DNA of 64,000 nucleotides from the NCBI GenBank assembly GCA_963845755.1, contig CAWJTV010000019.1:1-64000 (forward strand). Reading direction: 5' to 3'. Positions 21,656 to 30,284 of the stretch are shown piece by piece (the first letter of the stretch is position 1; each line of letters begins with the position of its first letter). The notes beneath the pieces are model-generated. The model ran no database searches. It was not told the origin of the DNA and was given only the letters and a program-made list of their open reading frames with translations. Position numbers and translations under genes: made by a program. This DNA comes from an uncultured Planctomycetota bacterium. Lineage in GTDB: Bacteria; Planctomycetota; Planctomycetia; Isosphaerales; Isosphaeraceae.

Positions 21656-22323
21656 GAGGTTTTGGTGAAACTCCAGGCGTTCTGAGCAAGCCCCGATCCA
21701 GGCAAGAACCTTCCCGTCTCAAGTGACTGGAGAGGGTTGTCTACCATGAGGCCGGGCAATTGGTCTCTCGTTTCTCGGCCGGGTTCAAAATCGGATATGT
21801 CGCGATAGAGCCTGATACCAATAGCGCCGGGCACGTGGCGCTCAGGCGCAAACCAAAGGGTGGGGGTATACCCTGGGAACATTGTGGCGAGAAGGAGCGC
21901 GGGCAACTGCTCCGTGACGTGGAATGGCTTTTCGCGGGCACCGCTGCTGAGGCGATCCACCAGCCCGGGCGATTTGGCGACGGCTTCATTTCAACGGAGA
22001 CTTCGGTATTGATAGAAGTGATGTCAAGACGCCTTCGAGCTTATGGAGAACGTCGGGCTAGACGCGGCCGCTATGACCGATTGTCTGTGTCAGGCATACT
22101 CGCAAGTGAAGACAAGACTTGAGCGACCCGGAATCTGGTGACAGGTTCAGGCGCTGGCCGAATACCTGATGGAATTCCGATTTCTGTCGGGTGACAGAGC
22201 GAAGCAGATTTGCTACCAAGCGAAGCGGGAATTCATCGAGCGGCAGAAGCCGGCCTAGCCCGGCTCGACGCCGAAGCGAAAGGCTGGTGGGAAGTGAGCA
22301 ACGCATCTGTCCGCGTAAAGGGC

Positions 22324-22650
22324 GTGAAGATCAACACGCTGATACCTCCGGCATCGTTGGTGGGATTGGTCCCGCCCGAGCCGAAACCGGCCGGCAACCC
22401 GGTGATCGACATCGAGATCGAGGGATCCGCGATCCTCTTCCAGGCGACGTTGAACGGCAAGTCGGTCCGCCGGGCGTGCAAGGTGATCGCTGAGCATGGA
22501 CCGGACGGTGTCAACGCGGTACTCCAGGGCAACCTGAAGCCGCCGGCCGCGCCGGGCGGCCCGTTTGTGCTGGATGCGGCCGGACTGGCGGTCACGCCCA
22601 AGCCGCCAAAGTCGGATACCCAACCCCGGGCCGACGGAGCGACGCCATGA
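22324..22650 (+). CDS. hypothetical protein
   Basis: GTG start; the stop overlaps the next ATG (ATGA coupling). Confidence 0.55.
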   Translation: MKINTLIPPASLVGLVPPEPKPAGNPVIDIEIEGSAILFQATLNGKSVRRACKVIAEHGPDGVNAVLQGNLKPPAAPGGPFVLDAAGLAVTPKPPKSDTQPRADGATP

Positions 22651-22763
22651 CCGAAACTCAAGCCGAGAAGATCCTGAAGGAACTCCGGGGCATCAAGGTG
22701 TGCGTCATCATCCTGACCGTCATCATCGCCTTCGCGTCCGCAAAGGCGACGTTCAACCTCTGA
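22647..22763 (+). CDS. 38-aa single-TM microprotein, copy 1
   Basis: MTETQAEKILKELRGIKVCVIILTVIIAFASAKATFNL*; a second copy lies at 26284. Confidence 0.7.
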   Translation: MTETQAEKILKELRGIKVCVIILTVIIAFASAKATFNL

Positions 22764-22776
22764 CCGGACCCGCACC

Positions 22777-23103
22777 ATGCGACTCCCTCGGATGACGACG
22801 CGACGGTGGATGGTCGCGGTGGCGGTTGTGGCGCTTCTGTGCCTGCTGGAACATCGACGCCGATCATTCGAGTCGCTTGCGGCCTATCACCAATCTAAGT
22901 TGGACCGCTTTCTCATTTGGCGATCGCTCGACGACCTCACGGTAATGCGTCTGTATCATCGAGACCTAAAACCCCTGACTACGGATGAGACGAAGGTCGC
23001 TACCTGGCACGCGGCGATGGCCCGGAAGTACGAGCGTGCCGCCTGTTATCCCTGGCTCCCCGTCGAGCCCGACCCGCAGGGGGGCGGAATGAAGAGGCGC
23101 TGA
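22777..23103 (+). CDS. MRLPRMTTRRW / ARKY-YPWLP family small protein, copy 1
   Basis: Both constant motifs present; 39 aa between the conserved His residues. Confidence 0.85.
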   Translation: MRLPRMTTRRWMVAVAVVALLCLLEHRRRSFESLAAYHQSKLDRFLIWRSLDDLTVMRLYHRDLKPLTTDETKVATWHAAMARKYERAACYPWLPVEPDPQGGGMKRR

Positions 23104-23122
23104 ACTCGAACGTGGGCCGACT

Positions 23123-23484
23123 ATGCGACTACCCCGAATGACAACCCGGCGGTGGATGGCCATGGTGGCGGTCGTGGCCGTTACGCTCGCCTCCTCCGTC
23201 CTTTTCCGGCGCCATCTGGGGCTCGCGAGCGGGGCGATTATCACGAGGGGATGGAGGAGATCCAGGCGGATCGGGCGCGGGGCCTCGAGGAGCGAGCCCT
23301 CACCGTTGCCGCTACGAACCCCGTGTTGGCCGCTCGCGTGCGGGTTCACGCGGGTCTTGCGGCCGAGATCCGCGACCAGCACGCACGCCTCAAGGAGAAA
23401 TACCGCAACGCCGCTAGGTACCCCTGGCTCCCCATCGCGCCCGACGAGTCGGATCTGGGATCGGCGACAGGGGGTTTGCGATAA
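23123..23484 (+). CDS. MRLPRMTTRRW family, copy 2 (frameshifted)
   Basis: N motif in ORF 23123; HARLKEKYRNAARYPWLPIAPD in ORF 23152. Confidence 0.75.
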
Positions 23485-23506
23485 TCCTCATGCCCGGAGG
23501 CTGGCC

Positions 23507-23787
23507 ATGCGAGGGACTCTCCCAAGGATGACGACCAGGCAGTGGATGAGAGTGGTCCTGTTGGTCGCGCTCTCGCGCTCAGTTGGTATCAGATTAGGCA
23601 GCGAGTTCGGTACCGCCAAGAGCGTGCTCAACACCACCAATTCCTGGCCGCCGTCTGCGCAGCGTCGGCGCGCTTCGATCCCGACCCCAGCCTCCCCAGA
23701 TGGGTCCAATACCACACGGAGATGGCCCGCAAGTACCGAGATGTCACCCACTTTTTCTGGCTCCCCGTCGAGGAGGAGCTGAAGTGA
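23507..23787 (+). CDS. MRLPRMTTRRW family, copy 3 (frameshifted, divergent)
   Basis: MRGTLPRMTTRQWM...; YHTEMARKYRDVTHFFWLPVE; GGAGG RBS. Confidence 0.75.
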
Positions 23788-23842
23788 GGCGGAGGCTCGA
23801 GGATCGTAACGCCGAATGCGTTACACACCACGGAGACCACAC

Positions 23843-23947
23843 ATGCGACTTGTCCCTCGGATGACGACGCGGCGGTGGATGGTTGTGGTTGCGGCGGTCG
23901 CATTCTGGCTCGCGGCGCAGATGATGGTATATCGGGCTGGCCAGTAG
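23843..23947 (+). CDS. MRLPRMTTRRW family, copy 4 (N-terminal module only)
   Basis: MRLVPRMTTRRWMVVVAAVAFWLAAQMMVYRAGQ*. Confidence 0.6.
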   Translation: MRLVPRMTTRRWMVVVAAVAFWLAAQMMVYRAGQ

Positions 23948-24309
23948 GTCGGAGGGTGGGGATCGAAGGAGTTCAACGCGATGGTCGCCGAAGTCAAGGC
24001 ATTGCTGACGGCGGAGCCTGAGCAGGGCAACACAGCCTGAACCGGGACGTTTGACTTACAACCCGGTCAACGTCTAGAGTCCGAACCATGCCTGAGGATA
24101 CCATCGAGCCTGACGACGGCGCGACTGTTGTGGCGTGGATTGGCGGACATCCTCGCGATCATCTGCGGCGAACACTTGGAACCTGCCTCATGAGGCAGGA
24201 GGCATCCAACGTCGGCCAAGCGAAAGGCGGATGTGGCATGAGCATTGCGGCTGTCGCGCAGCGGCTTGTCGAGGAGTATCTGAAGCGAAAGAGAGGCAGG
24301 ATGTAACCC

Positions 24310-24621
24310 ATGGCCAATGGCAAGAATGATTACATTGCCGGGATCGTTAATCATCCCGAAGTAAGTGACGCCGTGGCGATCGTGATTGAAAGGCGTGGGG
24401 AGAAGTATTGCGTGGGTGCCGACCAGGCGCGGAACCTGGCGGACCAATGGGAGGCTAATGGAGATGATCCCCCGGGTTTCATCCGCGACATTCGCTCAAG
24501 CGCGGACTGGTTGTCCGATTTCGTGAAAACCGTAAAAGAGGGGATACCGGGGACCTGCCGCGAGTTCAAAGCCGGCGAGCCGTGGGAAAGAGATGAAGGC
24601 CCCAAGGGACCGACAGCGTAG
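24310..24621 (+). CDS. hypothetical protein
   Basis: 103-aa ORF co-oriented in the array, with protein-like composition. Confidence 0.55.
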   Translation: MANGKNDYIAGIVNHPEVSDAVAIVIERRGEKYCVGADQARNLADQWEANGDDPPGFIRDIRSSADWLSDFVKTVKEGIPGTCREFKAGEPWERDEGPKGPTA

Positions 24622-24628
24622 GTGGAGC

Positions 24629-24868
24629 ATGATCCTCGACCTGGAGATCGGCGGCGGCCGGGATGACCTCCTGGCGTTGTTCGACGGGAGGCCAGGACTG
24701 ATGAAGGTCGTGGAGATCACGTTCGGCGATGACAGCAACTCCCGGATGCTGACGTTCGAGGGGGGCGACGCGTCGTGTCTTCAAATTCGCAAGAACGGCA
24801 AGTGGAAGTGCATCGTGCTTGTGGGGAACTTCCCGGATTCATTGGGAGAGATGGTGGGCTCGAGGTGA
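24629..24868 (+). CDS. 79-aa MILDLEIG protein, copy 1
   Basis: Paralog of 29218-29457; shares LLALFDG, MKVV, LTFEGGDA, GKWKCI, GNFP. Confidence 0.8.
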   Translation: MILDLEIGGGRDDLLALFDGRPGLMKVVEITFGDDSNSRMLTFEGGDASCLQIRKNGKWKCIVLVGNFPDSLGEMVGSR

Positions 24869-25341
24869 CCCGTCACCGGTTTTGAAGACCGGGCCATGTA
24901 CCAGGCGGACATCCCGCAGAAAGGTAGGCGGCACGTGACCGACCCAGCCATCGACGACCCACCCGACGGCCTACCGGAGGGGGCTACTCGATCCCGACTT
25001 GCAGGCCCTCCTGGACGCCGCACGGGACATCAAGAGGCTGGCAGAAGTGCTCGCCAGGACTCCCGGCGGTCTGACGCCGGAGTCTTGTCGCAGGATCCTG
25101 TCGGCCGTGGACACACTCGCGATGGAGATCGACAAGGTAGAGGGCGGTGAAGGATGAGACCGAATGGTTTGCTCGCGGGCCGTGTCGGGAGGGTGGCGGC
25201 CGGGGCGCGGATACAGGAAGTTTTTGACCCTATGCAGTAACGAGGGTCAATAGTGCCGGGAGGGTGGGATCAGTTCACGATTTGAGGGATATTCCAGGTG
25301 CCTGAGCAGCACCAATCAGGCACGCCGCCGAGGAGAAAGTC

Positions 25342-25848
25342 ATGTCGATTGCGATCTACGGACTGGCCGTCCAAACGATCGGCATCGGGATCGCGTTCCT
25401 CATCGGGGCCGTCGTTTGCCAGGAGTTGGGGCGCATCCTCCGGCGTCGTCCGATCCCCCAGAACTACTCCGCACTCTCGGGGTTGCTCTTCGTGACGGCC
25501 ATATGCGGAGCCGAAATCGGCGTAGTGTTTGTCATCTCTGCGATTGCCGCGCGTCAACTGGCACACGTTTGCAGCGGGCGCAAGCTTTCGCCCGAGGCTA
25601 CCCTTCTCGGCGGGCTGATTGGGCTGCTCCTGATCGGCTCTCTTGCCCTGTTCGTCTTCCCGTCCCATTCGCCTCTCACGGGTCCCCAGCTCGGTCAATG
25701 GAGGCGCTGGGATCGGGCTCGGCGTTCAGCCGGCCGAATCCGTAGATACGTTGTGCAAAGCCAGGTGATCCTGCAAATGGTCGGGCGGCCCGATGTGACA
25801 CGGCGAAAGAGTGTGTATGGGATACCCACCTCCGATGGCTGTGGGTGA
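25342..25848 (+). CDS. hypothetical membrane protein
   Basis: GAGGAG RBS; about three hydrophobic segments. Confidence 0.6.
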   Translation: MSIAIYGLAVQTIGIGIAFLIGAVVCQELGRILRRRPIPQNYSALSGLLFVTAICGAEIGVVFVISAIAARQLAHVCSGRKLSPEATLLGGLIGLLLIGSLALFVFPSHSPLTGPQLGQWRRWDRARRSAGRIRRYVVQSQVILQMVGRPDVTRRKSVYGIPTSDGCG

Positions 25849-25885
25849 CCCGAGGCCCCACCAACGAGACGACGGAGAGGGAGCC

Positions 25886-26203
25886 ATGCGATTGATTCCC
25901 CGGATGACGACGCGGCGCTGGATGGTCGCCGTGGCGATTGCGGGGCTGCTCTGCCTCCTGGAGTATCGGCGCCGGGAGTTCGCGGCGCTCGCGACCTATC
26001 ACGGGGCCAAGGCGACGGCCGGTGCGATCATCCGCCGGGGCAGCATGGGCATGAAGGTGACTTACGTCGATCCCGACGGGAACGTCATCACGATGGACGA
26101 CCTGGGTGTGGCTCGCTGGCACGAGACACTCGCCGCGAAGTATCGCCGTGCCGCTCGCTACCCGTGGTTGCCGGTTGACCCGGATCCACCGGGGCCGGAG
26201 TGA
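25886..26203 (+). CDS. MRLPRMTTRRW family, copy 5
   Basis: MRLIPRMTTRRWM...WHETLAAKYRRAARYPWLPVDPDPPGPE*. Confidence 0.85.
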   Translation: MRLIPRMTTRRWMVAVAIAGLLCLLEYRRREFAALATYHGAKATAGAIIRRGSMGMKVTYVDPDGNVITMDDLGVARWHETLAAKYRRAARYPWLPVDPDPPGPE

Positions 26204-26283
26204 ATCGGCGCGTGGACCAGGGCCATGGGGTGCGAGGATCTCAAGGACATCCTGCGACAATCGCGGAGGCAAGGACAAGATCC

Positions 26284-26400
26284 ATGACCGAAACCCAAGC
26301 CGAGAAGATCCTGAAGGAACTTCGGGGCATCAAGGTGTGCGTCATCATCCTGACCTTCATCATCGCCTTCGCGTCCGCCAAGGCGACGTTCAACCTCTGA
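26284..26400 (+). CDS. 38-aa single-TM microprotein, copy 2
   Basis: MTETQAEKILKELRGIKVCVIILTFIIAFASAKATFNL*; one residue differs from copy 1. Confidence 0.7.
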   Translation: MTETQAEKILKELRGIKVCVIILTFIIAFASAKATFNL

Positions 26401-26413
26401 TGGGACCCACGCC

Positions 26414-26914
26414 ATGCCGTTACCCCTGATGACGACGCGGCGGTGGATGGTCGTGATGGCGATCGCAGCTTTAGGGGCATGGAGGGTCGATCATGAGAGA
26501 TTCGCTGCGCTGTTCTGGGGGGCTCCATTGCTGGGGTCATTTCTCGGGATCGTGATAGCCGACGGAAGGCGGCGCAGGTTACTCGGCAGCGCCCTAGGTG
26601 CTGCGATCACAAGTGCGTGCGTGTTCTTCACCAACCTCTTCGTCTATCAAAAATATACCTTTGTGACGATGGTTCAAGCGCCGAAGGAGCCGTTCACTGA
26701 GGCGATGGCGGGGGCGGTCCTTGGCTCGTTCGTGGGCATCGCCGCCTTGCTAGACTATCGGCGATCGTTGTCCTGGCTGTGGGGGGCGCCGGCCCTGATC
26801 CGGACCGAGTTGTTCAAGAAGCGGCACGGGACGGGGAAGAATCTCGGATCGAACACGCCGCCCGCGATCCCTGGCTTCTCGTCGAGCCCGACCCGCCGGA
26901 GCTATAGTGAATAA
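26414..26914 (+). CDS. MRLPRMTTRRW family N-module fused to an unrelated multi-TM body (copy 6)
   Basis: MPLPLMTTRRWMVVMAIAAL, then several TM segments; no ARKY/PWLP tail. Confidence 0.7.
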   Translation: MPLPLMTTRRWMVVMAIAALGAWRVDHERFAALFWGAPLLGSFLGIVIADGRRRRLLGSALGAAITSACVFFTNLFVYQKYTFVTMVQAPKEPFTEAMAGAVLGSFVGIAALLDYRRSLSWLWGAPALIRTELFKKRHGTGKNLGSNTPPAIPGFSSSPTRRSYSE

Positions 26915-26954
26915 AAGTCCAGGACCATGAATAAAAATTCAGGGGCCAATAATA

Positions 26955-27200
26955 GTGCAAAGCCATGTGAGCACGATTCGGGTCTGGGTGAACTCAGGTC
27001 GATTCCCCGAACCTCATTCGATCATCGGGTGCACGTGGTTCTACGATGCTGCCGTCATCGAGCATTACTTCAAGGCGGGTCGCTGGCCGGCTGTCGCTCA
27101 CTTCCGCACTCTGCCACCGAGGCCGGATCAAGTCCGATCGGCGGACGATGAACCCCTCGCGGCAGCGAACCCGACCTGTTGTGAGAGTCGAAAGAAGTAA
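26955..27200 (+). CDS. AlpA/excisionase-like HTH protein (start uncertain)
   Basis: HVSTIRVWVNSGRFPEPHSIIGCTWFY resembles the AlpA-type winged HTH signature. Confidence 0.45.
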   Translation: MQSHVSTIRVWVNSGRFPEPHSIIGCTWFYDAAVIEHYFKAGRWPAVAHFRTLPPRPDQVRSADDEPLAAANPTCCESRKK

Positions 27201-27496
27201 CCCATCGTTGACGCGGACAGGCGCGCGGGACGATGCCGGGGACGTGTGGCGGATGATCCAGGTGGCGGCCGCCGCGCTCCTTCTCACGTCACAACTGAAG
27301 TGGCGGTGGTGGCTGCTCGCCAAGGCGCCCGATTAGAACAGGTCACCTCTTCCCGGGCGACCCGGCGGGCGGCCAGCATGATGGCCACCGCGGCCAAGCT
27401 GTCGGTCGCAGAGACGGCGCTGGCTGCTGTTTGATGCTGATCGCCGCGCGTCGGTCGTTGCCGCGAGCAGCGGCTCCAACACAGGAGGCTCCCTGG

Positions 27497-28096
27497 ATGA
27501 AGTGGCTTCGTCTTTCCATCGCGAGCCTGATGGCGTTCGTCGTCTACGCGGCCATCGGGTTCGCCGCCTTCAGCAAGGTTAACGACCGGTATTACGGCAG
27601 GTTGTTGGACGACACCTATTACATGGTCACGGTCTTTCTCCTGGGCATCGCCACCATCATGGCGATCCTGAGTCCGGATCGCAGCCGGGCGCGGTGGCTG
27701 GGATTCGCCGTGTTCGGCTGGGTGCATCTGCTGTTCGGCTGGCCCGATTCGGGGGGCTCGCCGCAGGCCACCGGCACCTATCGGCCGAGGTTTCCCCACA
27801 CCACGTACATCAACTGGGTGCTCTTCTCGTATAATGCGCCGGAGTCGTCGCATCTCCACGAGGCCATCGGGGATTTCCTCCGGTCCCTGCTGTCGCCCCC
27901 GACGAATCCGCAGTGGGAGACTAACGTCTGGCATAACTTCCAAACGACCATGACGATGGCGACGGCACTCCTCGGGGCGGCCATCGGCAACCTCCTGGCC
28001 ATCTGGGTCGAACGCAACGCGTCAGCCGCCCGTGATTCGGGCGAGGCGAGTCGCCCGAGCCCGACGCACGGGACCGGTCGATCCGGACGGGACTGA
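27497..28096 (+). CDS. hypothetical membrane protein with RLSIASLM N-terminal motif
   Basis: AGGAGG RBS; MKWLRLSIASLMAFVV..., RARWLGFAVFGW; about four TM segments. Confidence 0.75.
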   Translation: MKWLRLSIASLMAFVVYAAIGFAAFSKVNDRYYGRLLDDTYYMVTVFLLGIATIMAILSPDRSRARWLGFAVFGWVHLLFGWPDSGGSPQATGTYRPRFPHTTYINWVLFSYNAPESSHLHEAIGDFLRSLLSPPTNPQWETNVWHNFQTTMTMATALLGAAIGNLLAIWVERNASAARDSGEASRPSPTHGTGRSGRD

Positions 28097-28125
28097 TTTT
28101 CTCGCACGGCGGACTGGCGGCGACC

Positions 28126-28540
28126 ATGCGACTACCCCGGATGTCAACGCGGCGGTGGATGGTCGTGGTCGCGATCACCGGAATCGTCTTGGGCGTGGCC
28201 GTCGGTGGCATCCGACTCAAACGACGGCGAGGCGAGTTCCTGGCACGCGCCCAGTTTCACGCCAAGATCGGGGCTCTGTACAGGCTGAAGGAGGCCAACG
28301 CCAGAGCTTTCTTCGAGGAACAAACCGTACTCATCGGCGAGTTGGAGAAGGAGCCACACGGTGGCCGGTTTGGCCAATCGCTCCTTAAGAGGGCAAGGAC
28401 GCGGCGAGGATCAGATGCGAAAAAGCACAGCGAACCTACCTCGCAAGATCGGATACCACGCGGCGATGGCCCGGAAGTACGAGCATGCCGCCGGCTATCC
28501 CTGGCTCCCGGTCGAGCCGGATCCGCCAGAGCCGGAGTGA
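28126..28540 (+). CDS. MRLPRMTTRRW family, copy 7 (frameshifted)
   Basis: MRLPRMSTRRWM...; YHAAMARKYEHAAGYPWLPVEPDPPEPE* in a shifted frame. Confidence 0.8.
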
Positions 28541-28570
28541 AGAGGCGCTGAACTCGAACGTGGGCCGACT

Positions 28571-28846
28571 ATGCGATTTCCCCGAATGACAACCCGGCGG
28601 TGGATGGCCATGGTGGCGGTCGTGGGCATCTTGCTCGGAGTCACGATTGAGCGGCGGAACCGCTTCAGGAAGATCGCGGACTATCATCAGGCCGAGTTAA
28701 TGAAGCTTGCCCGCCGGATGAAGCCGTTTGCAGACGATCGCTCCTGGCGTCCTCTTGAATGGCACGAATCGATGGCCCGCAAGTACGAGCGTGCCGCCCG
28801 TTTCCCATGGCTCCCCGCGGAGCCCGACCCACTCGAGCCGGAGTGA
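28571..28846 (+). CDS. MRLPRMTTRRW family, copy 8
   Basis: MRFPRMTTRRWM...WHESMARKYERAARFPWLPAEPDPLEPE*. Confidence 0.85.
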   Translation: MRFPRMTTRRWMAMVAVVGILLGVTIERRNRFRKIADYHQAELMKLARRMKPFADDRSWRPLEWHESMARKYERAARFPWLPAEPDPLEPE

Positions 28847-28872
28847 TCGCGACGAACCGACGGAGGATAGTC

Positions 28873-29148
28873 ATGCGACTGATTCCCCGGATGACGACCA
28901 GGCGCTGGATGATCGTGATTCTGACCGTATCCCTGCTGCTCGGGGCAATCGTGATGTGGCGGCGGGCGGCCTATTTCATGAGGCTGGCCGCCCTCCACGA
29001 GATGTTGGCCAATGACCTGCGTATCAAGGCAGACCCCATGGGGGACGTGAGGGCCGCGGAGCACAACGAAAGACTCGCGCGAATGTACCAACGGGCGGCG
29101 GTCCGGCCGTGGTTGAGCGTCGAGCCGGACGAGTCGGAGCCGGAATGA
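28873..29148 (+). CDS. MRLPRMTTRRW family, copy 9
   Basis: GGAGG RBS; MRLIPRMTTRRWM...HNERLARMYQRAAVRPWLSVEPDESEPE*. Confidence 0.85.
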   Translation: MRLIPRMTTRRWMIVILTVSLLLGAIVMWRRAAYFMRLAALHEMLANDLRIKADPMGDVRAAEHNERLARMYQRAAVRPWLSVEPDESEPE

Positions 29149-29217
29149 ATGATCGGGGCACCGTGACCCGCGTGGCATCGAGGGCGATCAAAGGACAACC
29201 GAAAGCGAGAGGTCGAC

Positions 29218-29457
29218 ATGATCCTGGACTTGGAGATCGGCAACGGCCGGGACGAACTCCTCGCCCTGTTCGACGGAATGCCCCGCTTCATGAAGGTCGT
29301 GGACATCAACTTTGCAGAGGACAGCGAGGGACGGACCCTGACCTTCGAGGGCGGCGACGCAGCGTGTCTTCAGGTTCGGGAGGGCGGCAAGTGGAAGTGC
29401 ATCGCGCTGGCGGGGAACTTCCCGAACTCTCTGGTGGAGATGGCGGGCTCGAAGTGA
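29218..29457 (+). CDS. 79-aa MILDLEIG protein, copy 2
   Basis: Paralog of 24629-24868, same length. Confidence 0.8.
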   Translation: MILDLEIGNGRDELLALFDGMPRFMKVVDINFAEDSEGRTLTFEGGDAACLQVREGGKWKCIALAGNFPNSLVEMAGSK

Positions 29458-29504
29458 CCAGGCCGGCGGCGCGCGAGGGATCCGTAGGTCGGGGGACGTC
29501 GGCC

Positions 29505-29883
29505 ATGCGACTACCTCGGATGACGACGCGGCGGTGGATGGTCGCAGTAGCGGTCGTCGGGCTGGCGATGAGTGGCATTATGGGTGGCGTCCGGCTTAAG
29601 CGACGACGTGACTCCTTCTTGGGTCGCCTCCGGTATCACGCCTTGATAGAGCGCATGTGCGTAGAAGAGAAAGACCACGTCGCGCCAAACTCTCGAGCTG
29701 ATGGAGAAAGTGTTGGATCCGAGCAACGTGCACGAGCGGACAATAATCGAAAAAGAGCGACGATGGGCGGCGCTGGCTACTCGTCGAATGGCGTACCACA
29801 CCGCGATGGTCCGCAAGTACCAGCGTGCCGCTCGTTACCCCTGGCTCCCGGTCGAGCCGGATCCGGCGGAGCCGGATTGGTGA
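29505..29883 (+). CDS. MRLPRMTTRRW family, copy 10 (frameshifted)
   Basis: MRLPRMTTRRWMVAVAVVGL...; YHTAMVRKYQRAARYPWLPVEPDPAEPDW*. Confidence 0.8.
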
Positions 29884-30284
29884 GGTGGTGGCAGAACAGG
29901 GCAGGGGAGGACTCATTCAGGCCCGTGGATGGGTATAAGCAGTGCGAAGCAGGGCAAGGGACTATCCGTCAGACGGAGTCGATATTGCGATGAGTCGACC
30001 GGTTTCCTATCACTATGGCAAGTTCCCTCCGCAAAATCTCGACTGGTCCAAGTTGATCCCGCTGCTCGGCCCAGCGAGTGCCGCCCTCGCTCGCTACGAC
30101 GGATTGTTGACTGCGATCCCGAATGCTGCAGTCTTGCTCTCTCCGCTGACCACCCAGGAAGCCGTCCTTTCCTCTCGGATTGAGGGAACCCACGCGACGA
30201 TGGGAGAGGTGCTGGAATATGAAGCTGCGGGGGCAGGAGGCTCGCTCGACCCGCAAAAGGAGGCCGACATCATGGAGGTGCTTA

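Noticed and set aside
22777..29883. Array as a CRISPR locus or a diversity-generating retroelement
   Set aside because: The repeats are protein-coding and degenerate at synonymous sites. No cas gene, reverse transcriptase or adenine-specific TR/VR pair is visible.
22777..29883. Array as a confirmed RiPP precursor cluster
   Set aside because: No modifying enzyme, peptidase or transporter is adjacent; kept only as an alternative hypothesis.
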